A program made the translations under genes and the position numbers. A stretch of DNA of 61,053 nucleotides, filler included, from Basidioascus undulatus (taxonomy: Eukaryota): the NCBI GenBank assembly GCA_000826855.1. It is 14 parts of 14 records of this genome, joined end to end, with 100 filler letters (N's around TTAATTAATTAA, not from the genome) between each part and the next. Parts side by side here need not be neighbours in the genome. Positions count along the whole stretch, not along the records: positions 1 to 4,132 come from JTLS01002230.1; positions 4,233 to 8,364 come from JTLS01002231.1; positions 8,465 to 14,846 come from JTLS01002232.1; 11 more parts are not named here. The stretch is one strand, 5' to 3'. Each line of letters opens with the position of its first letter. The stretch's first letter is position 1. Below the pieces are notes generated by a model. The model was not told the DNA's origin. It saw only the letters and a program-made list of their open reading frames with translations, and did no database searches. Of the stretch, positions 1 to 11,125 are shown in pieces.

Positions 1-1
1 C

Positions 2-469
2 GCGCCCTCGCAGAGCCACTCCTCCGCGTCCGGCAGCGACGCGGGCGCGCCATCCGCCACTGCCATCAGCAAGTTCCGCGAGGCGGGCCTGGGTCCCATC
101 ACGGAGAATGGGCGCTTTCCCCACGGCGGCGGGGGGTACGCCACGCCCATGCCCGGCCCGTCACACTCGTACTACGGCGGCGGCGGCGGCGGCGCGGGTG
201 CGGCGGGGTACCCGCGCGCGAGCTCGCCCGAGTCGAACCGGCGCGTGAGCGCCGGCGGGCTCGCGATCGCCAACCCGGACGGAACTCCCCCTGCGAGCCC
301 CGTGGTGCACACCGACGGCGGACGGTACGTTCCCGAGCCCCAGCACGGGGAGGAGCTCGCCGAGGAGCTGCCCCCGACCTATGCGTCTATTCCGGAGGAG
401 GGAAGGGGCGAGCGGGAGAGCGCGAGCCCGTCGGCCGAGGGCGGGCGACACTCGGTCGATAGGCTGTAG
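2..469 (+). CDS. 3' end of a gene; cytoplasmic tail typical of fungal single-pass membrane proteins (HxDGG...ELPPxY)
   Basis: The frame is open from base 2 to the TAG at 467-469. The C-terminus VVHTDGGRY...EELPPTY carries a PPxY motif. 5'-truncated. Confidence 0.55.
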   Translation, partial: APSQSHSSASGSDAGAPSATAISKFREAGLGPITENGRFPHGGGGYATPMPGPSHSYYGGGGGGAGAAGYPRASSPESNRRVSAGGLAIANPDGTPPASPVVHTDGGRYVPEPQHGEELAEELPPTYASIPEEGRGERESASPSAEGGRHSVDRL

Positions 470-1097
470 TCGCCTCGTCTTCCGTCTCCTCTCGTGTTTC
501 CTCGGACCCTTCACCATTCACCGCACATCCTATTTGTCTTTCGCCCCCATCCTACCTCTCCTCCCCTTCGGATGCCCCCTAGCTCATGTCCCTCGGAAGT
601 CTCTTCGGAATCGTACTCGCCCCTTCACCCTCCCCGCCTCGTCTTCTATAGACTTTGCTGCCTTCTCTCCCTTCTCGCACTCGAGGCCGTATGGAACAGT
701 GCTTTGCACCTTGTTTCTTCGTTCATGACGCATCACTCATTGCATACACGTTTAATCACGATTGAAATTTCACAAGAGATGGGGTTTTCCGAGGGCGCTT
801 GCCACTAGCTGCGCTATTGCTCCCCATTTTCCTTCTTCGTAGGTCGCGTTGTGCAAGCGCACTCGGAGCAAAGGTCGGGTTCGAGCTGTCGCGCTGGCAG
901 CAGTACGAATCATCAGAGACTCCATGCGCATGCAGCACAGTGCCCGCTCCAGCTGGCCGTGGCTCAAAATCGACTACGGCGGCTGTGTAAGGGGAGCGAG
1001 CGCATACCCATGATCCCCCTGCAGGGAAGACATGGGAGGAAGAGGGGATTGCTGTGCCGTCTGCGCTCCTACTCACGCGTACCAGAGCCGCCTCTAG

Positions 1098-2029
1098 TCA
1101 CCTCTTATCCAGAGTGCGCTGACAGGTTGGGATTGAACTCCTTCGCTTCCGAGGGGAGGATGATGGTGGTACGGAGCCAGGCCGCGCGCAGGCGGTGGAC
1201 GAGCTGAATGGAAAGGACCTCTCATTGTGAGTTAAGAACTGGAGAAGCGCGTCCGCTGAGCATTCCGAGCATTCGAACACGAGTTCGTCGAGAGAGGCGA
1301 AGTGGGACCGGGCAAGGAAAAGGAAAATTTCGCCATAGTCGGATTCGTCTCTCGCGCGGAATTCGAGCCTGCGCAGGTCGGGCAAGTCGAGCGGGGCGAT
1401 GCTCGCGAGGGCGGCGAGGGCCCGATCGTGTCGTGCATCGAGTTCGAGCACAGATGGCGGAGCTTGACGAGGCTACGCAGAGCATCGAAGCTCGTTGCCA
1501 GCACATTCCTGAGGCCGATCGAGAGATATATGAGCGTGAGGCGGTTGCCCGAAGCGAGGGCACGGAGGGTCTGGGGGCCGCCCCAGCCGTGGAAGGTGGC
1601 CGCATCAACGGTACGAGCGTAGCCGAGAACTTGCAGAAGAGCGGTGCGATCGAAATCATTGATCAGGTAGAGGAACAGAGAGTTGACTGCGAGCTCTTGG
1701 GTGTGACGGAAGGGTTGTTGCCCAGCGAGATTGAGCGAGACGAGCAGGCAAGCGAAGATGCGGAGGTCGTCGTCGCTCTTGACGTAAACGTAGTGATAGC
1801 GGTAGGGCTCTGAGAGTGCAATAAGGGTCCCACAACATCTGAGTTCACACCATCGTGCGGAATAGAGCATGGGTGTCAGACTCACATTCCAAGATCGACA
1901 GACAAGCGCAAGGGTGACACCGTCGCGGTCGGCAGTACCATCATAGATCGTACCATCATTGATCGTGTCGCCGACAACCGGCTCAAAGATGCGGGACCAT
2001 ATTCCAGGAGGGAGGGAAGAGTGCGGCAT
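1098..2029 (-). pseudogene. F-box-like/LRR-type protein, frameshifted
   Basis: ATG at 2029 gives MPHSSLPPGIWSRIF...LALVCRSW (F-box-like). The LRR-like text LRSLVKLRHL continues as LELDARH...LPDLRRLEF only after a 1-nt shift near 1450, with no intron signal there. The 3' part is also broken. Confidence 0.55.
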
Positions 2030-2904
2030 GGCAGGCAGCTCGAAAGGCGATGTGAGGGGGACAAAAGGTGAGTGTGAGCGTAGCGAGCGGAAGGGAAGAG
2101 GAAGCGCCAGCGCTGAGCGGCCCCTGTTCAGCCACGACATTACAACGTCTTTTGCCCCAAGTCTAATGTTGATAAACAAATGATATGTTTCCAGATACGA
2201 GTACAATCTTTCTGATTTCATTTCATGATGATTGGCATCGCTGGTGGTCAGAAAAATCTTAACCTGCGCGAGCTGAACTGGTGCACGAGCTGCTTCGTTA
2301 GTCCGCGCTCTGACAACAAACTGCTGGAGTTCCCTCGCCAGATTCCCAGTGTCTTATGCGGTCTGCAATCTGACTTTCGGTCGCAAGTTTGCAACGCGCA
2401 ATATCAGGCTTAATCAAAGATACCAAAGCTCTCCACTCTTCCACCATCCATAAGCTCACACTGTCTCCACTAAGTCCCAACTGGCTTGTACACTCCTGCT
2501 GTGTATTTCTGATGGATTTAGCAGGTCCAGCTGGGATTACCTTGGTTTACCATTGAGCGAGTCAAGGGGCCGAGGGGAGAGTCCGGCGTCGAGTCAAAGC
2601 AGCGCCGCAAATGACGGCGCGTCGCTGGCTCGCCTTTCTACTCTCCTCTTGTCCACGTTCACCGCCGCCTTTATTGTTTGTACAACACGCTTGTACTCCC
2701 TAGCCCACACTCTCCCTCCTCTCTTCCTGCCACCACCACCAGCACCTTCCAATGATCCCCCAAATATACCGGCTGTGCTGAATCTCCTTTCGATCCCCTT
2801 CTCGGCTAAACAGCAACACCCCTCGGCGGCCGCCACCACCACCCTCGCATTCTCCGCTTCAAAACAACACCACCCACTGCCACCCTCCAACACCCACCGC
2901 TGAG

Positions 2905-4132
2905 ATGTTCGGAGAAGACTTCTCCGAGTCGCCTAGGCTCCCGTCGCCCTGGGCAGCGGTCGACTCGCCGCTCATCGAGCCCTCCACTCCCGCCGGAGCA
3001 GACCTCGATCTCTTGTCCATCTCCCTCGCGTCCTCCTGCTCGTTTGAAGAGGCGAAGGAGGACATGGTCGGAGGAGGATTGGTGCCTGAGAGCGATGCAT
3101 GTGGGAACGTCGAGTACAAGGTGCGAGCCAATCTTGGAGGCAGCGAGGGTTGGGTCCTCAGGAGGAGCGAGGCCGGGACTGATAGGCGTATGCGCGGGGT
3201 GGATAGCTCAAGCTCGCCCGGCCCGCGCCGGAGCGGTTCGCGAGGCTCGTGACGCAGCTGCAGTGGCGATTATTCGAGGGTGGGGGCGAGGCGATATATG
3301 AGATCGGGGTGCTGGGTGTGTGATCCCTTCCTTCCCTCCATACCACGCGTAGAGCAGCGGGGCTTACAGTCCTTTTCCTTCACACCCGGGCAGACGACGG
3401 GACGCTCGTCGGCCTTTGCCAATCCGACCTGGACGAGTCGCTCGCGGTCCTGGACCGGATGGCGGCCGAGCTCGGGGCGACGGTGATCCTGAACCGGCAA
3501 GTGCCCGTCGACCTCTCGTCCACTAAGCGCACTCTTCCCGCCGTCCCGCCCGGGCGGCGCGCGCGCGGGCGTCTGGCGCGCCTCGTCCACGGCGAGTGCG
3601 AGCGAGGAGGCGAGGCGGACACGCCGGACCTGAGGGAGGGCGGGAGCTCGGACGTCTCGCCCTCGTCGGTCGGGACGCCGCCTTCCACCGCCGGTGCCGG
3701 GGCGGGCAAGCGTCTCAGCAAGCGAAGAAGAGCACACATCAACGCGGGCATCTTGCCGTCCACGCCGCTCCCCTCCGAGCAGACCATCGCGCACGCCGAC
3801 CTCGCCGCACTTGCCACCGCGGCACTCGCCGCGCCCGTGCCCGCGCGCAGCGCAGCGCCCGCCCCCCCGTACGCACGCCCGCGGCAGCCATCAATATCGG
3901 TTGCGGCGCCCGCAGCGGACGGGGAGGACGAGGACGACGCGCTCTTCGGGTTCGGGGACCTCTCCTCTGCTCCTCCGCCCGCTCCGACGCCCCAAACAAA
4001 ATGGATCACCACCCTGCCCCCGTCCGCCTCCGCCTCCTCGCGCAAGAAGGCCGCGGCAGCGGGCACGACCAGCGGCGGGGGCGTAAAGCCCCCGAATGGA
4101 CTGGCGGACGACGAGCGCCTCCGGCGCGCGAT
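2905..4132 (+). CDS. GTPBP1/GTPBP2-like translational GTPase, N-terminal part
   Basis: Exons 2905-3120, 3207-3315 and 3394 to the contig end. They splice to LVPESDACGNVEYK-LKLARPAPERFARLVTQLQWRLFEGGGEAIYEIGVL-DDGTLVGLCQSDLDESLAVLDRMAAELGA, the family N-terminal signature. The G-domain lies beyond the contig end. Confidence 0.8.
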
Positions 4133-4232
4133 NNNNNNNNNNNNNNNNNNNNNNNNNNNNNNNNNNNNNNNNNNNNTTAATTAATTAANNNNNNNNNNNN
4201 NNNNNNNNNNNNNNNNNNNNNNNNNNNNNNNN
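4133..4232. other. Artificial contig linker (44N-TTAATTAATTAA-44N), first of 13
   Basis: Identical linkers at 4133-4232, 8365-8464, 14847-14946, 19072-19171, 23285-23384, 27495-27594, 31699-31798, 35897-35996, 40093-40192, 44287-44386, 48481-48580, 52674-52773 and 56865-56964. The 12-mer gives stops in all six frames. Confidence 0.99.
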
Positions 4233-4233
4233 C

Positions 4234-5043
4234 CTCATCCTAACGCACTACTACCTCCGCGCGCGCAGCACCTCGCGCCTCACGCCTCTCCTGGTCTCGC
4301 ACTCCTTCCACGCGCTCTCCCAACCCCTGCTCTTCCTCTCCCCCCTCATCCGGGCCGCCTCGGCACCCGCCTTTCTACGCGCGCTCCGCCGATCGTCCTC
4401 CCTCATGCAAAGGACGCACGGGCTGGAGGTCATATGGCAGAGCGAGGTCTCCCCCGAGTTCTATGAGGTGTTCGAAGCGCGCTCGTGCGCCGGGCGCGAA
4501 GCGCACGAGATGGCCGAGCTCGTCCTCCGCCTCACGCACCTGCCCAGGGAGGTGGACCTCCCTCGCCTTGCCCGGGCCCTCGCGCGCTGCGCCCTGCCCA
4601 GAAGCGCGACGCTCGAGATCCTCCACCCGGGGATACCGGGCATGCTGCGCGGGCTTCTCGGGTCCGCAGACGCCCCCGGGCCCTGGGCAAGCAGCCTCGT
4701 CCACCTCGCCCTACCCGCATGGGACCGATCCGCCCTCCCAGCGCTCCTCCGTCTCCTCCGCGCTGTTCCGCACATCCGCCTGCGTCTCGGTCGTGCAGAC
4801 CCGGACGACCTGAGGCACCTCGCGAGCGCGCTATACGCGCTCGCTGCGGAGGCGGAGGATGAGCACGAGGAGTTCGATGGCGATGGATTACGGCCTGTAG
4901 AACTGGAGATGGCCCCGCGCAGGTGGGGTGCGTGGGTCGAGGAGCGCAGGAGGGGAGTGCTGAGTGAGGAGGAACACATGCACCGCGCGGTGCTGAGGGG
5001 ACGGTTTGTGGTGCTTTGTGGGGGGGAGACGTCTGAGGGATAA
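4234..5043 (+). CDS. F-box-like hypothetical protein, 5'-truncated
   Basis: The frame is open from the contig start: LILTHYY...TPLLVSHSFHALSQPLLF, resembling the end of an F-box-like motif. Leu-rich repeats follow. Stop at 5041-5043. Confidence 0.5.
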   Translation, partial: LILTHYYLRARSTSRLTPLLVSHSFHALSQPLLFLSPLIRAASAPAFLRALRRSSSLMQRTHGLEVIWQSEVSPEFYEVFEARSCAGREAHEMAELVLRLTHLPREVDLPRLARALARCALPRSATLEILHPGIPGMLRGLLGSADAPGPWASSLVHLALPAWDRSALPALLRLLRAVPHIRLRLGRADPDDLRHLASALYALAAEAEDEHEEFDGDGLRPVELEMAPRRWGAWVEERRRGVLSEEEHMHRAVLRGRFVVLCGGETSEG

Positions 5044-5736
5044 AATAGAGTTCATAGCGGAGGCGGATGAATGGTTTCCTGAATGCGGGAAGGACCAGTC
5101 AGAACGGAATGGTCTTTGATTGCAGTGGGCATGCGTTATGCTACACGTAGGGGCGGAGTACCGTGTTGCCTTACACGCAGCCCATCGGTCGCGTCCCCTT
5201 TGTATCATTATGTTGCAGTGATTTTTAATTCACGTACTGCCTGTCTTCGACGGAGTCGAGGGAGTTTCCCAAACTGAGGCGAAGGCAGAAAAGCGCGGAG
5301 ACGCAGTATGCTCCCCATCGAGCGTACTGTGTCCTGCCTACTGCCGATCGCCAACCCTCTGCTTTACTTCGATGGTCGATTTCGCAACATGCGACATCAC
5401 TTAAAAATCTTTTGCATCAGGGCAAGGCTGTGAATCGTCCAATCTGCCTGAGGGGTTCGCAACCGTGTGTGCCAGGTGGCGTCGACAAAGGAGGTTGAGG
5501 AATCTGCGGAGTACATGTCGTCAAGTCCGATATTGTTGGCAATCTAGTAACCTGGAAAGGTGAGTTGTCATGGAGGATACGTATCCTTACCCTGCGGTTG
5601 AGCGTCAGCAAGCGGACTGTCAGTGTGCATTTCGGGCCTTCCGAGCCCAACTTCTGAGGAGCGTTTGACTTCGCGTCAGTTGCCAATGGACGCTCAAAAC
5701 GTAATCAACAAACCAGACCGGGGCAATAATGCAGGT

Positions 5737-6426
5737 TTATGAACGTGATGCTATGCAGGAAAAGGGAAATCCGCGGTCCGAACTTCTACAACAGGTTTGC
5801 TTTGCACCGCTGCAGGAAGCGGACGTCAGAGACAGCCGGCGGACACGGTAAGGATGGCATGGGCGACGTACGCCCGTATGGTTCCCCCAGTCCTCCCGCT
5901 GGTGCTCCGCGGAGCAGTACCGCGCGCCCTTGCATCGCGCACAGACCTCGCAGTAGGAGATCGGCTGCTCATCAGCGTAGTCGACGTAGTCCCAGAGTGT
6001 CTGAATCTGAGCGGGTATGGGCCTGTTAGGGGCCACCCACGCGATGGTCTGCTCGAGCGCCTCCGCGGGGCCTTTCGAGCACGTCGCGCAAGAAGCGTCG
6101 AGGGATCGGATCGACCGGGGGCGGCGCGACGTGCGTGTCGATCCGGTACTGCATTCGAAGTGCGAGCAGGATGGAGCTGACCTGATAGGGTAGGTCGAAG
6201 AGCGCGTACGCCTGCGATGGGACTGCGCGGGCGTCCGGCGCGAAGAGGACGCCGGAGAACTGAGCGGGGATGACCGCTGTGGTGGCGGTGCCGGTGCGAG
6301 CGTCGAGCCACATCGCGCGGGCGGGGAGCTCGTACACGGACAGGCACTGGGTGATGTGCAGGCTGTTGAGTATCTTGGTCCAAGTAACGGACGTCGGTCG
6401 TCCAGATCCTCAACCTCTGTATACAA
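5737..6426 (-). pseudogene. MYND-type zinc finger protein, degenerate
   Basis: YCEVCARCKGARYCSAEHQREDWGNH at about 5878-5956. Coding-like text switches frame near 6073 (RFLRDVLE / GPAEALEQTIAW) and probably again near 6337. Confidence 0.55.
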
Positions 6427-7144
6427 GAACTTGCCGTGTCACTGGAACAAATAAACGGAATTCGATGAATACATCCAATGGGTCAGAGCTAATGGTATAG
6501 TGCGTTCAAGCAACAGAGAGTTACCGAGCCTGTTGTTGGAAAGGCCGCACGGGATCCACATTCGGAACGCGAACTAGGCGTCCTGTGGGGTTGCAACGCA
6601 AATCAGACATCTTAAACCAAAAGTAAATAACTTTGTTTTCTAACCTCCTGTGCCAGTCAGCAGACTTGATGGGCAGCTTTGACGCCTCATCGCTGAACTC
6701 GTCGACCGGCAGTCCACACTCCTTTCGTTGGTTTTCCTCTTTGAGGATGCCGATCCCCCAAGCCGCGAAGATACATCTCTACAACTATCCGCTCCACCGA
6801 TATCTCATAGCACAGGCTGCTTTTCCGCTGGCGTAGGGGGATCAGGCAGCCCACACTAACACTTTTGTACCTTTCTTCTCATGTTTCTGTGCTCTGATGC
6901 GTCTGAGTGAAAGAGGGCTACGAATCAGAACGAGAAATTTTCTTTGGTTACGCCGCTTGGGAGAATCACCATCGGGAATGAGGGCATCAAGCAACTAGCC
7001 GCGTCGCGGAGCTCGCTCGCGGCCAGTCCCCCTCGAGCCACCCGACCACCATCATCACCCGAACGACAGAACAACCACGCCTCCTCCCATCCACAGAGCC
7101 ATCGACCCAAACCCCTCGTTCTTTACCTCGAATCCCTCTTCGAA

Positions 7145-8100
7145 ATTACCGTCCCAGAGCTCCCTCTCGACGTTATCGAGCTCATCATTGACGAAGTCGC
7201 CGCGCCGCTTCACTCTCGCGCCTACGCGCGGGACTGGGCGACGCTGGCATCGCTCTGTCTCGTGTCGCACACCTTCAGGTACATGGCAGATCCCAGGCTT
7301 TACTCCTCGCTGGACTTTCACTCTCTCTCGCCTCATCACGGCCGTCCCGACTTCACGGTCATGACATACTTTACGCGCACGGTGCAGGGAAACCCGCAGC
7401 TTCTCCGTCACACCTGCTCTATAGTCTTGCCCGACACGGCCGATCTGACGTATAGGGTTACCTACGCCGACGTCGCGGCTTTCAACCGCACTTTGCGTGA
7501 CATCCTGATGCTTTTGAAGTCGCATGCATCGAGCCTTGAGCGACTGGCCATGACTATGTTCCAGAAAAACAAGCTCGAGAAACTTTTGAGGGGCCTCGTA
7601 AGCTCACCGTCCAGAATTGAAGGAACTTCATTCGGACATACTTAGTCCTGCGTTGTTCGGTTTCCTCAGCAGCTCAGCAGCTCTCACGCACTTGTCTGTT
7701 GACGAGCGCGTCCTACTTGTCCCCGCAATTGTTGACGCTTTGGTATCTATGCCTCGTCTCTCAAGCATTAGCTGTCAGGGTCTTCTTTGACTGGTACTTT
7801 ACCGGTCGTCTGTACGACGGCATCCACCGCCTCGCTCGAAAGCTTCCAGCCCTGAAGCAGATTACCTTTGTCATTACGGAGGACGCGGACCACAACAGCA
7901 AATTCACGTAAGCCAGCATGTTGAGGCAATTCTTCCCTGAGCCTCGCTGCACAAGGCTGATCGCAATGAAGGCACCTTCGCATCAGAAGAGTGTTGCAGA
8001 TGACACAGTGTGGGAGGGCGAGAGTGACTGGTGGGTGTTCTGTCGGGAGGATGGGGACTCAATTTTGCTTCTTAATGAGAATTGCGTTTCACGTTCGTAA
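7145..8100 (+). pseudogene. F-box-like protein, degenerate
   Basis: PELPLDVIELIIDEV...LASLCLVSHTFRYMADPRLY. ATT stands at 7145 where an ATG would fit. An intron starts at 7598. There is an extra T near 7761 (SMPRL / QALAVRVFF) and an in-frame TAA at 7909-7911. Confidence 0.6.
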
Positions 8101-8637
8101 AAGCTTCGTTTCAAAGCTTTCCGGCCGTAGTGTTGCCTCAGGGGGTGGGTGTGCTTCGACCGAATGCCGGCCATCCCAAATCACACCTCGACTGCTGGTC
8201 GGACTCTTCGTGCCACAACGGACAACTTGCTATATCCTCTGATTGTGTGCCCTAGAGCATGGGCCAAACAGAAGAGAAGTTTCCTGGATACTTATGGTCG
8301 CTTTTCAAAGTGCTGGGCACGATCTCGGCAGGTGTAAAGCTACTTCCGCTCCGCCGAAGTTGCTNNNNNNNNNNNNNNNNNNNNNNNNNNNNNNNNNNNN
8401 NNNNNNNNTTAATTAATTAANNNNNNNNNNNNNNNNNNNNNNNNNNNNNNNNNNNNNNNNNNNNGGAGGTGGGGAGGGGAGAAGTGGGAGGGAACGCACG
8501 GAGCTGGTTTTGGTATGCGAGAAGGAGGTGGATGGGAAACGGTGGGGTGGGAGAGGGTAAAGACTGACGTTGGGGAAGGGAGGGCAGATTGCGCGGGCGG
8601 ACGATGAGGCGAGGGCTTGATACCCACTCTTGGTGTA

Positions 8638-11125
8638 GGTCTTGCCTGGAGAACTGGGGACATCGGGCGTGGATCTTTGATTCATCTTACTCACGCGCGA
8701 GGCAAAGACTTCAATTGAGCCACAACCCAGAACGACCCGCCTTTTTTCGAAACCCGAACCTCCCCCTCGTTCGTCGTGAGGCTTTGCCTCAACTCACCGT
8801 GTCGATCGTGCCTGCACCGCGCACTCTTCTCAAGTTCGCACTTCCGGGTCGGCGCTTTTCCGCGGGTGCCCAACCTCCTCGACCACACATATTCGTTCGG
8901 ACTTCGGACTCTCGTTTCGCACTTCGCTCTCCTCGACATGCTCAAAGCCACCTTGGCTGACTTTGCTCGCGCCCGTAATTCATGCTCAACACATGCGCGT
9001 CGGCGTTAGTTTTTCAGAACGGTATCGATAGGGAGCAATTCGTGCAGGCGGACTTGGCCGGGGCGGGAGCAGGAAGGGGTGTGGGAAGGAGGAACAAGGG
9101 AAAGGAGGGGGCTGCTAGACGATTGGGTGAGTCTCTAGGAAAGGTGGGGCTGAAAGAGGATGAGGATTGACGAAGGGAGCGGATGGGCAGGTTGCGCGGG
9201 CGGGCGAGGAATACAGCCTGAGCTAGCCTCCCAGGGAAGCGGCACCGGCGGATCGCTGCGCCTAGTTTCACCGAGAAGAACAACACGCTTGTATGGCAAG
9301 AGGTGAGTGCTTCTGCTTCTTAACAGCAGCACATGACATCGGCTTATTCAGTGGGTGGTTTTGGCACCAGACGGGACATATCCTCGACACGCTCTTCTCT
9401 TCCTGGGGCATTCAAGGTCGTGTGGAGAACATCACGGGCTCACGATGGAGGTATGTCAAATTTTGCCTTTCTGCTCTTCCACCTCCCATCTCACACGTGT
9501 GTCACAGATTACCCTCAAAGTCATCGCCGCCGCCGGGTTCGGGCGCTCCCCCTCGACAGACGAGGCTGCCCTCTTTCACGGGCATCGCATGACCTTCGGT
9601 CAAGCTCTTTACAGAGCGTTCGACTCAGTCGTATTTAAAGTTCTCTTTCCCTGCGTGTGTCCACACCCCCTCGCTACACTGTATTCTTTTCCCCCGACTC
9701 ACCTTACACTAGAACCGACAGTGGGCGCTCTCCACGCTCCCCCTCTCCCGCGTCCGCGCAGCCCGGAACGCCTACGCCGAGCTGGAGCTGTACATGGCGG
9801 AGATTCGAAGTGCGCGGCTCGACGCGCAGAAAGAGGGGGAGGACGTTCCGGCGGATCTGTTTAACGCGCTTGTGCAGAGTGAGGCCGGGGAGGAGGCGCT
9901 CTCGCCCGTGGAACTGGCCGGGAATGTTTTCGTGTGTTTACTGGCTGGACATGGTGCGTTTCTGAGTTTGATGAAGAGGATGTGGCGAGGATGCTGAATA
10001 TGGGGAGTTGAGGCAGAGACTACCGCACACACCCTCGCGTTTGGGTGGATCCTCTTGGCGCTATACCCGTCGTGGCAAGACTGGGTGCGGGAGGAGGTGG
10101 AGCGGGTGCTGGGAGATCGCGCAGAATTGGTGAGCCTATTCTTACACCGTTCCAGTTTCTATTCGTTGAGTGGTTCTACCTACAGTCGTACGGGGACTTT
10201 GCGAAGCTTCGACGTCTCATGGCAGTCTTCAACGAGACGCTTCGGACGTTCCCGGTACATCCACATGCGTCCACCCCTTTCAGATTTCTTGCATATAAAA
10301 GACTGATGACTAGCATTGTGAGTTTCAGCCGGTGCCGTTCATCCCGAAAGTTGCAGCGCAGGACACGACGATCCCCTTGCAACTGGACACTGGCGAGAAA
10401 GCGAGAATCGAGCAAGGTCCTTACCTCTCCTTGTCTTCCATTCTCTCCCTGTTTAACACCACTATGTCCCCCTTCAGCATTTCTACCCGCCAGCGCACCG
10501 ATAATAATCTACGCCATAGCTCTGCACTACAACCGTGCGCCCCCCTTCCCTCCTCTTTCCCTTCTGCATGATCCCATAACTCATTTCCCTCGGAAAGCCA
10601 AGCACTGGGGCCCTGACGCAGTCGAGTTCTTGCCGAACCGGTTCTTGGACGTCGATGATAGCGGACAGCCCCAGCGTTACGACCGGGACGCGTTCGTCGC
10701 TTTCAGCGTTTCTCGTTCTCGGGCGCTGGTGCATCTTGCTCATGAGGATCTTTCGAGCAGCCGGGCCGCGTAGCTGTCTGGGTTTGAAGTCCGCCCAGGT
10801 ATATTTTCAACCTCAAAATCTGACTGAAGGATAGAGTGAATTGAGAAGAGACGGGGTGCCAAGGTCGAAGCAGTCTACATCCTCGCGCGCACCCTGTGGG
10901 AGTACGCATTCCGGCTCGCCCCCGGAGGACGCAGCGTCAGCAGAGACATTCGAGCAGCGGAAAGAGCGGTTTTTGACGTGAGTGTTGTCTAGTTGGGTCC
11001 TGCCGGATGAGGAATGGGGTTGATGCTGATTTAAGGCGACGGACGGAACAGACCTCAGTCCTGGATCAGCTTGGGTCCGGAAGAACAAGGTCCCGCTTGT
11101 TTTCCAACGTAGGATCGAGGCTTAA
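8638..11125 (+). pseudogene. Cytochrome P450, multi-exon, probably disabled
   Basis: WKRHRRIAAPSFTEKNN, I-helix LLAGH/ETTAHTL, ETLR (10234-10245), PNRF (10633), heme motif GPRSCLG (Cys 10775-10777) and C-terminal VPLVFQRR. One base is missing near 9435 and there is a frame slip near 10921. The splice sites around the heme exon do not give a clean frame. The 5' start is outside the contig or unclear. Confidence 0.8.

Noticed and set aside
4177..4188. Regularly spaced TTAATTAATTAA palindromes resembling a repeat array or CRISPR
   Set aside because: Each is centred in an identical N-padding and marks a contig join. ORFs ending in X-runs plus LIN are artefacts of it.
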